Origin: Trichosphaerium sp. ATCC 40318
Taxonomy: Eukaryota; Protista; Tubulinea
Assembly (NCBI GenBank): GCA_038496445.1
Contig: JALMLS010000421.1
Span: forward strand, 124,001-188,000
DNA length: 64,000 nt
Direction: 5' to 3'
In this document: one piece after another, positions 1 to 12,640 of the stretch
How positions within the stretch are numbered: the first letter of the stretch is position 1
How the letters are laid out: every line of letters begins with the position of its first letter
Notes under the pieces: model-generated
Database searches by the model: none
The model's input: only the letters and a program-made list of their open reading frames with translations
Told to the model about the DNA's origin: nothing
Position numbers and translations under genes: made by a program

Positions 1-325
1 CCTTCACCATGTTCTACGCTAGCGCGTCAAACTACTCGCGTCATAATATTGGTTTAAGCATTCTTTTAAGTTAAAACTACTACTTGCAAGCCTTCAGAAG
101 ACAAGGGTAACAAATGAATCGCCTGTCATTTTTGTTTGAAAACATCCCGCAATGAATGCTTTAAAACTGTATCGTTATGCGTTTTTTACGCGTAGTAGTA
201 CTAATACTGCGAGTTTAACGATTGTCACAATAATTGCACCTTACTCTACGTTTCACAAAGGTGCAATTTTTTGATATGGGCCAACTTAAACTTTTAAGCT
301 CATTCTCTACCAACTACAACCAAGG

Positions 326-2446
326 ATGCACCTTCACACTGCTTGTGTGTTTTTATTAGTACTATTGGCGGTGCCTCGCTTTTATGCCCAGCAATGTTCA
401 GTCAGCGTAAGCACTCTACACCACAACGATCAGTTTAGTTTAGTCAAAATTCTGATCTAATAAATCGATTTTGACTCGTTTTCTCGTAGAACCCTTGTCC
501 TGGCGAAGTACATCACTGTTGCTCCAGATATGGTTGGTGTGGTAATACTGACGCCCACTGGTACACCAAGAACAGCTTTTACCACGTGAAAATAAACCAC
601 GTGCGTTCCGAAAACTGACTTTTTCTCTTAAAGTGGTGCTGGATGTCAAAGCCGATGTGGTGGTTCAACTCCTCCTCCTGGACAGTGTTCGGCCTCAGTA
701 AGTGATGAACCTGTGAGTAAAGAATACTAACACCTCTTTTAGAACCCTTGTGCTAACAACGAATGCTGTTCACAACACGGCTATTGCGGAACTACTTCAG
801 AATATTGGTATGTTGTTTCCTATAACTATTTTTTTCAGCTTCACTTACATCCTATAGTGGCGCAGGATGTGTAAGCCAATGTTCAGGTAGTGGTACTCCA
901 CCACCACCACCTCCACCACCTCCACCACCACCACCACGTACGACGAGCTTAAGTTTTAGTTCTTTTTTTTTTCTTACTTTTTTTCTTCTAGACGGTGCAG
1001 GTCACGTGGTATCAGCGTTCTTCCCTGCTTGGGATGGAAAAATCAGTGATATTAGGTGGGATAGTATTACACATCTCAACTTGGCTTTTGTACTACCTAC
1101 ACAAGATGGAGGTCTCGCATACCCTGACAATGTGAACAACATTGCAGACACTCTAGTCGCTGCTCGGCCTGCAGGAAGTTGTGTTAAACTCATCATAAGT
1201 ATTGGTGGAGCTTCTGCTGGTGCTTGGGTATGGCAACAGGTAGCAAACAACGCTGCTAGAAGAGCTGCGTTTGTAAACAACGTTGACAATTGGATCACCA
1301 CCCATAACTTTGATGGCGTTGATGTTGATTGGTACACTTTTGATTTTGTTCGCTCTTCGCCCCCACCTATTTGTATCTAGTTTGCTATTGCTTACTTTCA
1401 TTGTTTTAGGGAGTTCCCTGTAGCAAGTGATAAACACGTGGAGTTACACAGAGAGTTGTACGCAAGGCTAGACCCAAAAGGAAAAGAAGTAACAGGTAAG
1501 AAACACTTTCTTTTGCAACATTTAAGCTATCCACGCTGCACGAAACAATACTAAATATGGTACAGGCGATTTGGCTGCTACTGACTGGTTCGGTAGAGGG
1601 TTCAACGTAAATCAACTAGGACAAGGTGCTCACTACTGGAATATTATGGTACGAAACAAAAAACCCAAACGCTTTTTTAATCATAAGCTAACTACTACTT
1701 AGGCTTACGATTACCGCGGTTCTTGGAGTATTCCAAATGACATCGGATCACACAGTAACATGCAAGATACTCAAGGGTCTGTTAACTATTGGAGAGGAAG
1801 AGGATTTCCAGCAAGCAAATGTACCTTTTTTTCCTTCTTTTTTTCGCATTTATTCTCGCTACCTTCCACAACGCTCACTGTTGTTTTAGTGGTTCTCGGA
1901 TTACCATTCTATGGAAGACAATTCACTGGAACTGGTACTACCGACTGGGAATACAAAAGGATTGTTTCTACATATGGCAGTCAAACAAATGATCCAAACA
2001 CTGATCAAATTGGTCAATTATGGTTCAATGGTGTCAACACAATCAAAGCAAAGACTAACTATGCTGTACGTGGTTGACGATATTCTCAATATCAAGAACT
2101 TGCGCTGATAATTATTAGAGACAGGAAGGCCTTGCTGGCGTTATGTACTGGGAAGATAGTCAAGATACAAGAAAAAAACAACCTTACTAAATAGCTGTTT
2201 GTCAACGTTCTTCATTATTCTGACACGTGCTAGACTCTAAATCCTTACTGAAAGCAATAAATGACGCACAACCAGCAAATTGTGTAGCTGTCACTGGAAG
2301 CCGAGGAGCCTCACAAAGTAGTGCTAAAGTAAGGCATTTGTTGTTTGACTATTTTATTATATTTATACTCTCTCTAGTCTACGAAGATGACCCTCATCAG
2401 TGTTGTAACAATATGTAGTTTTCTCTTGCTTTCTATGATGCTTTAG
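326..2446 (+). CDS. Secreted, probably GPI-anchored GH18 chitinase with two hevein-type (CBM18) chitin-binding domains and a poly-Pro linker (multi-exon)
   Basis: Signal peptide MHLHTACVFLLVLLAV. Two Cys motifs (NPCPGEVHHCCSRYGWCG, NPCANNECCSQHGYCG). Catalytic FDGVDVDW|EFP (DxDxE) is joined across an intron, followed by MAYDY, LGLPFYGR and GVMYWE. Hydrophobic C-terminus (TLISVVTICSFLLLSMML*). Confidence 0.92.
898..936 (+). repeat. (CCA/CCT)n coding microsatellite, poly-Pro linker of the chitinase
   Basis: ccaccaccaccacctccaccacctccaccaccaccacca. Confidence 0.85.
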
Positions 2447-3122
2447 ATAGCATTAAAGTTTAATCAGTGTTCATAAACAAATAAATATAGCTTACAATGC
2501 ATAAAAGTGAACTTTTGTGATTGCACAAATATCAATAATTTGTTTTTCGCAACTAACAAGTTCTCTAAGTACAAAAGGCCAGAAAATAATTACACAGCAT
2601 TTCATGAAAAGTACTCAAAGTAAGTCTAAAATCGTTAGTCGCTCTTAGCCCTGACTATTACGTGACAATTCCAGAAAATTGCCTCGAGACATTCAAGAGT
2701 TCATAAAAGTAAAGGCTGAGCTGTGTCGCTAAAAATTTGGACTTACACAATATTAGGCAGTATAAGGTGCTACTTTTAGCAAGTATTTGTTCTTGTTTGT
2801 CATTTGCAGAGTTCTGTGACAGATTGGATTAGGGAAATAACGCTATTTCGACATACGCTTTATAGGGATGGCGAAATGTTCAAAAACTACAAATCGACTT
2901 TGAGAAACAAATATCGACAACAGTTGAAAATTCTATTGTTGATGCTACTCAATATGCTTTCTAGTGCTTTTAAATATTCTCAATAGCCTTGATATTACTT
3001 GTACATCCACACAGAGGTTGAAAGCGATGGTATAAACGGCCCGTTAAGGTCATGTGATCGAGAGTCGCTTTATTTAATGCAATCGAATGGTACATGTACA
3101 AAAACTTTGCGAAAGTACAATT

Positions 3123-5171
3123 TTATTGCTTTGACTTTGGTGATGTTACAACTACTTCTAGTATATTACCGTTATCAGAAGATGATTTTCTATTATCTTT
3201 GCTATCAGTATCTGGATGTCTTATTCTGATTGCAGTTATCTGTACAATGCTTACTGCCAATGCGAAAATGAAATACAATAGGAAAAATACATAAAATGTT
3301 GCAGGCTTTCTAAACACTAATGTTGTTGTGAGGTATATAAATTGAGGTGCTATGATAATGAGTACAGCGCTTGCCATGATTTGTAAGGTTATCTAGAATG
3401 ATAAGTAAGAGATAGATAGTACAGCAACAATATTGGAAAATCAAGAACTAATGACAAAAAAATCTAACCACATCACGTGATTTAACGTCAATTATAAAAT
3501 AATATCGATAAGTGCGCAGTTTGGTACAGAATCCTGCGCTTTTCGAATGAATTAAATGTTCAGGTACAAACGAAAGAAAAATAATAAACAATCAGCCGAC
3601 TTTGTGGGAAAAAAAAGAAAGGAGTTCGTTTCAGCGACTAACGCACTTGTCTAATTATTTTCATTGATTTCGAATCAACCTGCTTGATATTGCTCATTCT
3701 ATATAGAACAAGAGCACCTGTGATCAACAAATAAATCGCTGAAACAAAGTTCCCAAACGCGAAAAAAAAAGACCATATCAATAATAAACCAGCATCGAGA
3801 ATCGCAAATGTAACACCACCTCCAATGTCGATGATAATAAGTATTGATAATGTAATGATAGCCGGTACGAGAAACTTTTCTACACGTTGATGCTTCATCT
3901 CTTTTAATTTTTTCGCTTTGTAGAGTGTCTCTTGCCTAACAAGAAATTAATGAGAATATTTAAACGGGAGATAATCAGTTTGTTGTTTGGACTCACCAGT
4001 AAAATGCAATCAGTACTGTTGTTGTCAGGCTAAGTGATACTAAACCAGTAGCTAAAATATCATGCATGCCTTTAGGGAATACATGGCGAGAGTAAATAGG
4101 ATCAATGACGACATACACGAATCTCACTAAGAAACAGTTAGATTTTAGATATTGTACATTCTTGTGCGTACAAAAATTGGCTACAGTGTGAATTGACAAG
4201 CATATAAGTGATGTAGATGCCTTCCAACCACTGTTTTTGGTAATTTTGTAAATCTTGATAGAAGATAAAATCATTGCAATAATACACAAACCACCAACAA
4301 TCACAGAAAACCATATCTATGTTTCAAAAAAAAAAATGTTAAAAAACAGTTGAAAAACAATTATTGTGTGAAGCGTACAGATCCTATTTCGTTTACTTGT
4401 CGCCAAGGATTAATGTCTAAATAATAAAAATGAGGTTTAATAGCAATGCTTAGTTAGGTTTTCGTACCATCTGAAAATAAGGTGACTCTTATGCTTGGAT
4501 ATGAATTGTTTATTGGTTGAAGAAGCGACATTATCTTCTTCGCTGATGGATAACTCACCTCCACCGCTGGTATATTAGAAGGTACATCTGTAGTGACGCC
4601 GTTCAATTTAAAATAATTGAATATCCCTTCTACAGCTACATGATAGTGTTAGGCCTTCACTACTAAAAAAAAGACTTCAAAAATGGCACGTGCTAAAAAA
4701 TGTATTGAATAACACCAACGCTTTCGCCCCTTTCTCATAAACAACTTGAGCGTTTTTCCAATCTCCTCCTGCCCCTTCTAATAAAACAATTTTGCCTGTA
4801 ACATTAGGATGTTCAAGAGATACCAGATCACCTATTCGCTATGTAAAAGGGCTAAACCAAAGAAAAAAAAAAGGCTCACAATACTTTTGTTACGGAGTTG
4901 TTTTTACTCTTTAGGATTAACTGACACACGACAGCGTAAACACGCCAATGACGGTTCCCCTTTATGTACGCACCTGAAATAGGGTATTGGCCCCATGAGT
5001 CTTTTGACATCCATGAAATATCCGGGGAGTTGTAGGATTCTATTGAAAAAAATGAGTGGAAGAGGTAAATGAATATTTTCGAGCTTTGCGTTTGTGGGTG
5101 GTACCATTTCTTTGGTCCAGTTTTATAGCACCAAGATATTGTGGCAGGACTAACAAAAAGAGTAGATACAT
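3123..5171 (-). CDS. Signal peptide + PA-like ectodomain + 7TM (THH1/TOM1- or GPCR-like) membrane protein, copy A1 (3' end approximate)
   Basis: MYLLFLLVLPQYLGA signal. Ectodomain motifs VTGKIVLL...EKGAKALVLFN...IPAVEV are PA-like. Multiple TM exons (FVYVVIDPIYSRHVF, LIAFYW). Colinear paralog at 8885-10811. Confidence 0.75.
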
Positions 5172-5514
5172 CACGTGTTGATACTTCAAACACATGAACC
5201 TATTTAAGTCGTGATGTGTCCGCGAAAACTCATACGAAAAATTACACTTTTTTATTTCTTATACACACGTGTACAGAGTGAGGTAAGATTGCCTAGTTTA
5301 TAGGAAGATAACTAAAATTATTTAACATTATTAATATGTTACGAGGCATTATGTGGTAGTCGGTACAAACCTAAGTTGAATCCGGGCCGCTACTATTCTC
5401 AATGAAATTAATCAAATCTCTTCTTCCCCGTGCTGGCTTTTCCACAGTAAAAAAAATACATCATTTTGAAAGATCTTGTTGCTTAGCGGTTTTATTGTGA
5501 GTTTGGTTTGTACT

Positions 5515-6119
5515 TTACGCTTTTACATACCAGCGTAGAATAGAAATAATAGCAAATATGAGAGCGCTGTAAACATACAAGCTCTTGCTTTTGCTAAATG
5601 CTCCGCATCTAAATGAAGTGGTACAAGCTGCTCCTGTTGTTACTTTTACTTGGGCACATGTAAAGCCTGCACGTGTTGCACATGCGCATCCTGCTCCACT
5701 ACAGCAATAGTAGCATAGTGGGTTGTTTACGCAGTCATTCTCAGAACTCACTATTAGATGTTTTAGTACGTAGATTTTGAATGTGAGATGAGAAACGAAG
5801 AAAGTGGTAAAAACGAACGTGAAACAACTTCTTTTTTTGGGGTGTTTCTGCCCTAGTTATCAAAACACATAAAAACGTTGAAAAAGAATGCCACAGCAAA
5901 GAAAGATCGCTGCAGCGTAGTTTTCGACCGATTTTTTAAAAACTGCAATAAACTACCAGCGCGCGGGAACTAAGGTAGTACAACGAGTAGTATTGTGCGT
6001 TGGTGTATTGTTTGGGCCTCTGTCAAGCTTAAATAAACTAACGTACAAGGAGTGCACAATTGAGCGTATGTAGTTACTGCACAAGCAATGATAAGGAATA
6101 AAACGAGTTGGGTTGTCAT
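5515..6119 (-). CDS. Small secreted cysteine-rich protein with hydrophobic C-terminal anchor (2 exons)
   Basis: MTTQLVLFLIIACAVTTYAQLCTP, spliced via a GTACGT...TAG intron to LSSENDCVNNPLCYYCCSGAGCAC...; ends YSALIFAIISILRWYVKA*. Confidence 0.7.
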
Positions 6120-7185
6120 GGTTGTGGTAGTTTTTTGCACTTTGCAACTAAAATAAAAGTCAAAGCCCGTACACATTTGGGTTACCCTGTATGTGCCCGA
6201 ACTTGAAAATTTAAGATCGGGTACTATGGCAAGCAGTGAGTTCTTTGTATTTTGGGAGATGTGTTTGTGTCAAGTTCTGGGTTCGCAATAGGCAAGTTTG
6301 GAAAGAAGAAATCTTATTCAATGAAGAAAAACTGTACCGAGTTTTTGCTGTGGTCAAATAACAAAACAAGGAGAATGTGTAGTATTCAAGTGCTGGTTTA
6401 AAACAAAAGCCAAAGCAATTAGAAGCAAAGAATGTCACAAAAAGCAAAGTTGATACTTTATGAGGAAAACAAGAGTTTAAATGCAAGCATGTCTACAAAT
6501 GATACTGTTGAAGTAAAATGACCTACGCTGTTCGGTCTTTTGGTTGTGCTACCTTTCTATGTGAAACTTAGAGACGCGTTGTATTTTGAAATCACGTGTT
6601 TATTGGCTTGTTGTACTCAGCTTATGATTGATTAAAGAATACGTTCTGAAACCAACTTTTCCTTTCCATCATAACCTAACTGTACTGGTTACAAATTGCC
6701 ATAACTGGGTAAGTCGATAACCGGTTTTCTACCAGCTGTAATTTGCCCTGTACTTCCTTTATGCGTTTGTACTAGATGTGCTACTCTACATCAAGGAATG
6801 TAGGTTCAGTCTTCACTAGAAGCACACGTACAACTTGTTGTGAGCGACAATCAAATGTTGAACCTCAGATAGTATAATCAAGATGGTTTGTGAGTTCAGG
6901 CAACTACACTAGAATACACAAACTAGTCTGTTGATGTTTCCTTAAGTACTATGTGATCACTTATATGACTGTTGCTGTTTTGTTCTCAGTTTTTCTCAAG
7001 CTATTCATTTTAGAGGTAGCGGAGAAGTAGATTATGATTGATGTGTTTAATAATGTTTCATACAAACTATTTACACTGCACCTACGCAGTACCACATAGT
7101 ACTTCCAATTTTTTTTGGCATGTCATTAGAATTACCAGCGGCCATTGCAGCCTTCGGCACTGTCATCAGAACCACGATAGTGCTA

Positions 7186-7500
7186 TTATTCAGTGTCATC
7201 CCCAGAACTATTCTCAGAATCAGCGTCAGCTTTATCATCAGATTCTTTTGCATCATCATCAGCATCAGAGTCACCAGCATTGTCATTGTCAGCTTCGTCA
7301 TTTTCAGTTTCACTGCCATCGTCATCGCCAGCTTCATCACCTTCATTGGCATTGTCATCACTAGCCTCTTCCTCATCAGGTTCACTGGCATTGTCGTCAC
7401 CAGTGTTGTCATCATCACCGGCTTCTTCAGCATCAGATTCACTGGCACTATCATCACCAGCCTCTTCCTCATCAGGTTCGCTGGCGTTACCATCATCAGC
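7186..7500 (-). repeat. Imperfect coding repeat building the acidic tail (units like DDNASEPDEEEA)
   Basis: NASEPDEEEAGDD / SASESDAEEAGDD / NASEPDEEEASDD recur in the ORF translation. Confidence 0.7.
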
Positions 7501-8303
7501 AGAATTACCACGCCTTTTATGATTCTCAACAAAGCGTTGATATCCTTCTTGTAATTGTGGATCATCGAATTTTTGAAGAGAGGCTCCAGTGAGGCTTGTT
7601 TTGTTCTTTCCAGCAAGTTTGACAAAGTCTCTTAGCATCTTGCCAAATGTTACAATGTTCTTGCGTCCAACAGAGAAGCACAAGATGACTTTGCTCATTT
7701 TTTTATCAACAGGTACCAATCGAACCTAAAAAATGTGTTAAGAAGATCTGTAGACAAAGGTGTTGTAAGTACGTACCATATCTTTTTGAGTTGGGCCTGC
7801 TGCCTTCTTTTGACCCATAGTGTACTTGTTCTTGCCATTGAGAACGAGGGTGATACAATGAGTTGGATAACCAATTGGTCCTAATCCAAATCAGCAAACT
7901 GTTTTTGTTGCTTGTTGTTGTAGTATGCCAGCGTACCTCTTTTACCACTGTAGACGATCAAAGAGCATGTTTTTGGACTTCCATTCGGTTTGTTCTCAAT
8001 GAGGAGATGCATGTAGCTGACTTTGTAACTGGCTTGAACCATAGACATACCCATTTTGTATTTGAACTCATGGAATGGCCAAAAACCGATAGCTTGGTAC
8101 TCTACTTTTCCTTTCATGGCTTTTGTCAATTTTTCAATTGTTGGTACAACATCACGGATTGTATCTTCATTATAGTATATCTGTTTTCTGCCCTAACAAA
8201 GCGTTTAGTAAAACGAGGCGAGTAGGGTAAAACTATTTTCCCGAATGGATAAACAAAAACACTTAGAAAATAATGATAAAACCAAGGCGTGTACTTTACT
8301 CAT
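7186..8303 (-). CDS. Uncharacterised protein with long Asp/Glu-rich C-terminal tail, copy B1 (4 exons)
   Basis: MSK|GRKQIYYNEDTIRDVVPTIEKL...YSGKRG|PIGYPTHCITLVLNGKNKYTMGQKKAAGPTQKDM|VRLVPVDKK... joins in frame with GTAC...TAG introns. Near-identical copy at 20404-21244. Confidence 0.8.
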
Positions 8304-8884
8304 TATGTCTTGCAGGTAGCTATTTTTTGTTCTGATGATGTGTTTCTAATTGTGCGTATTAAATTATGATTTTTTAGGGTCATAAAAAAATCACGTGAAC
8401 TTCACCGATTAAGGAATACACGTGAACAAAAAAACCGATCAAATTGAGATTTACAACCGGTAAAATAAACTTCCCATGTATTAGAGCAACCTCACGTATA
8501 TTCTCTAGCGTGCTAGCAATTTCAAGCTTAGCCAAGCTTGGGGAAATTAATTTGCCGTAATATTACAGAAATCTGCGTTGATTTCATACTGCATCTTTAT
8601 TTTTGTTGATCACGCTATAATTTATACAATTCAGGCCTATCAAATACCTCGATTGACTATCTCCACTGGAAATGTAAGAAAGTGTCAGTATATGTTATTT
8701 GATGGCTACTAGGAACAATAACAGACGAAGGTAGCAACACGCTGTCACGTGTACACTATCTGATTGGAAAACTATCATTACATATACCATTTTGAAGGCT
8801 TTGGCAGGAGTACACTATTGACTTATATGGTTGCAAATAAATAATAGTCGAAGGTGTTCACAGTAACTACATTTATTGGCTTTT

Positions 8885-10811
8885 TTAATGTGCAATTGAA
8901 CTGACCTTTTTGTGACAAACAACCTCAGTTATATAACCATCAGAATCAGTTGTCGTTCTTTTAGCTGTACTGACACAATCTGGGTGCCGTATTCTGATTG
9001 CAGTTATCTGTACGATACTTACTGTCAATATGAAAATGAAATGAAGCAAGTAAAATCCAAAGAAGCCATTCGGGTTTCTAAATGTTGTTGTTGCTGTGAG
9101 GTATATAAATTGAGGTGCTATGATAATGAGTACAGCACTTGCCATGATTTGTGCTGTTATCTATCATAAAACAAAAATTAGCTCAGTAACAAAGAATGTG
9201 TGTAAATAGGAGAGGAAAAGGAACAGTGCCAGTACGTGCACGTGCTCAGAAAAGACCGTTGTAAAAACTATTGTAAAAAAACTTTGAGGGTTTTTTTTGC
9301 AATCAACGTACACGTTTAATTATAGATGTTGATTTTGAATTAGATTTATCAGCCTTGCGTATTTTATGTAGGACCAAAGATCCTGTGAACAACAAATAAA
9401 TCGCTGCAACCCAGTTCCCAGCAACAACAAAAATAGACCATATCAAGACCAAACGAGCATCAAGAATCGCATAGGCAATACCACCTCCAATGTTGATGAT
9501 AATCAGTAGAGATAATGTAATGATAGCCGGTATGAGAAACTTTTGTACACGTTGATGCTTCATCTCTTTTAATCTTTTCGCATTGTAGAGTATCTCATGC
9601 CTAATAAGAAATTAATAAGAACATGGAGTTAAGAATGAATAATCAGTTTGTTGTTTGGACTCACCAGTAAAATGCAATCAGTACTGTTGTTGTCAGTGTC
9701 AGTGATGGCAGACCCGATGAGCCAACATCATGTACGAACTTAGGGAACACATGGCGAGAGTAAATAGGATCAATGACGACATACACGAATCTCACTAAAG
9801 AAAAAGTTAGATTCGGATAAACATACCGGGTGTCGTACAAAAATTGGCTACAGTGTGAATTGACAGACATATAAGCGATGTAGATGCCTTCCAACCACTG
9901 TTTTCGATAATTTTATAAATCTTGATAGAAGATAAAATCATTGCAATAACACACAAACCACCTACAATCACAGAAAACCATATCTATGTTTCAAAAAAAC
10001 AGTCAAAATAAAATAGGATCATTTGTACTTTGTGAAGCGTACAGATCCTATTTCGTTTACTTGTCGCCAAGGATTAATGTCTAAATAATAAAAATAAGGG
10101 TTAATAGCAATGCCTAGTTAGGTTTTCGTACCATCTGAAAACAAGGTTACTATAATACTTGGATATGAATTGTTTATTGGTTGAAGAAGCGACATTATCT
10201 TCTTCGCTGATGGATAACTTACCTCCACCGCTGGAATATTAGAAGGTATATCTGTGGTAATACCGTTCAGTTGCAAATAATTAAAGAATCCTTCCACAGC
10301 TACAGAGGTGTTATTACAAAAACCTGATAAGTCTGTTTTTCAAAAGTCACGTGCTAAAAAATGTATTAAATAGAACAAGCCCTCTAGCGCCTTTCTTATA
10401 AACAGTTGAAACGGTCTTCCAATCTCCTCCAATAGCGTTCATTATTACTATTTTGTCAGTCACATTATGATGCTCCGGTAATACCAGATCACCTACAAAC
10501 GCTTCAACTACCATAAAGGTACAAACAATTGTAAAGTTGGTTTGAATTCAAGCAATTATCACGTGGGACAAGTTCCCCAAAACGCTTGAGGAGTCAATCG
10601 TTTAACTACGTACCAGTAATAGGGTATTGCCCCCACGAGTCTTTTGACATCCATGAAATATCCGGAGTGTTGTAGGATTCTATTGATATAAGCATAAGCT
10701 ACACAGAAGGAGGTATAAAGTGAAGTGTGCTGTACCATTTCTGTCGTCTAGTCGTAGAGCAAATAAACAGTATGGTAGCAGCAAGCATATTAAATACAGT
10801 AGGTTTATCAT
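8885..10811 (-). CDS. Signal peptide + PA-like ectodomain + 7TM membrane protein, copy A2 (3' end approximate)
   Basis: MINLLYLICLLLPYCLFALRLDDRNG start. Exon-for-exon match to 3123-5171 (MKHQRVQKFLIPAIITLS, MASAVLIIIAPQFIYL). Confidence 0.75.
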
Positions 10812-11092
10812 AGAAACTAAGGAAATACTGCACCTTCAAACCCAAGATAGTTAAATTTAGAAAAACAAAGACAAAATTCATTTAACAAACATCAAAAACA
10901 TATGATGACATTTCTTCGCTGTAAAGAAGCTTGAGCTCTGATGGTAATAAGTCCGGTTAAATGCTGCGATTTTCTGTTATACCAAACTTTGTAGCGACAT
11001 CATAAAAGACTGACACAATGATCACGTGACGAGCGATTTTTTATTTACATAATTTCTTAATTTGTTTTTTCTTGTTTTTTTTGCTTTGGTGT

Positions 11093-12420
11093 TCAACGGC
11101 TTGATGATAAAGCTAAATCTCCTTGAAGGAGAGTACAAAAAGATCTTCGTTTTATGAACAATACCGGAATCTCTGACTTATTATCACCTTCATAAACACA
11201 CTCGCGTATTGTCTCGTGATCAAACAACCTCTTAAGCAAAGCAAGCTTGAATTTTAACTCTGTTTCTTGTAAATCAGGTCTTCTTTTAAAAGCCAAAATA
11301 AGCGTTGTTCCGTTGCCTGATAGTTGCTCAAGTAATGCCAGAATCTTGTCTTGACGTGTTGATAGTGTATCCAAATCCTCTTGTAGAATAATATACGAAT
11401 ACATTGTCTTTAACGAAGAAGGAAACTCTCCTTTTCCCAAGTCAAATTGAGTTATGGTGATGTCATCTGAAAAATTATTTTTCTCAACATTAGACTTGCA
11501 CAGGTCAACCAATTTTGCTGTTGTGGTCATATTAACGCGTTTTGCGCCTACCACACGTAGAACGAGACCTATAAGTCCAGTACCAGCGCCTGAAAAAAAG
11601 TAAGAAACCAACGAACGTCCAAAAGTATTAAAAGAATAAAAAAACACTAGCAAGAGCTTGATTACGCGCAACGTTCCACGGAGTGCGATACTTCATAGCA
11701 CGACAAAGTATAAAGTACTAAAATATCGCTTGTAGGTATCTTACGCCATAGAAACGTCACAGAACCGCGAATCAAGGAGTCTTGAAACATGTTCTTTTTT
11801 TTTTTCGAATTCATTCAAATGTCAAAAGATTTTATCACGTGCCTAGAACGAGTACTTTTTTTCCATTGTAAAGGAGAGGCGATGTTCTCTTATCAATATG
11901 CAAGCATGTACAATATTCCTACAAGAAAAAAAAGTCAGGGGTTTGAGAAAATGAAGGCGGAACGACAATTCTCCGATAACAGCGAACCCAAAACGATTTA
12001 ATGGAGTACTGGTCGCAATTATCGTAAAACGATTTTTAATGCGCTAAAAAACGTACAATATCAGATACGCGTGCTCGTGGAGCTATCTCAGGTTCTTCTC
12101 GTACTGAAAGGGCGTGGCTTTTGAATGTAAAAGTCCGCTATTGAGAATAATTAGTGACATTGCCCGCATAGCGTTAGTGAATGTATATTAACGCGTTTGA
12201 AATGGTTTGCGAGCGTTGACAAATTTTTTTTTACGGTTTTGTTACGAGTAGATTGTACGCACAATGTTGCCTTTAGATCTTTTAGCTCTGTTTCGGTACA
12301 TTTGGCGTAAAAGGCTGTTAATTTGTTGGTAATCATCGCCACCGCCTTTGTTTACGTTATAAGTACTTACATAACCTTTATAATCTACGTACTGCCTGAT
12401 TCTCTCAATTGGGTTGTCAT
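11093..12420 (-). CDS. Seven-beta-strand protein methyltransferase, METTL21/Methyltransf_16 family (start approximate)
   Basis: SAM motif I GKKVLVLG|AGTGLIGL is restored by a GC-AG intron (11590-11842). Also RTFTFKSHALSVRE, LCKSNVEKN and LILAFKRR, typical of the family. Confidence 0.75.
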
Positions 12421-12640
12421 TCTGTGGTAAGTAAGAAAGTTTAATTAAAAAAGAATCATTACGAAGTTTCTCCATTCACTTAACATGTCCTCACTTAAAA
12501 CAAATAAAAAATCAATGTTTAGGCTGTAATATAGTAATAAACTAGTACAAACCATGTTTGACGGCGTCCGAAGAAACAGTGAGTGATAAGGCAGAGTGTT
12601 GAATTTTTTTTTGAAAATTTATTGGTGTTTTTTTTCAACT

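Noticed and set aside
7038-7625. Several overlapping ORFs (His/Gln-, Ile- and Ser-rich, and a Met-rich minus frame)
   Set aside because: Shadows of the low-complexity acidic tail of gene B1.
7881-7883. TAG after ...QFADLD conserved in both B paralogs (also 20836), suggesting readthrough or recoding
   Set aside because: It is the TAG acceptor of a GTACGC...TAG intron; splicing gives an open frame (GKRG-PIGYPTHC).
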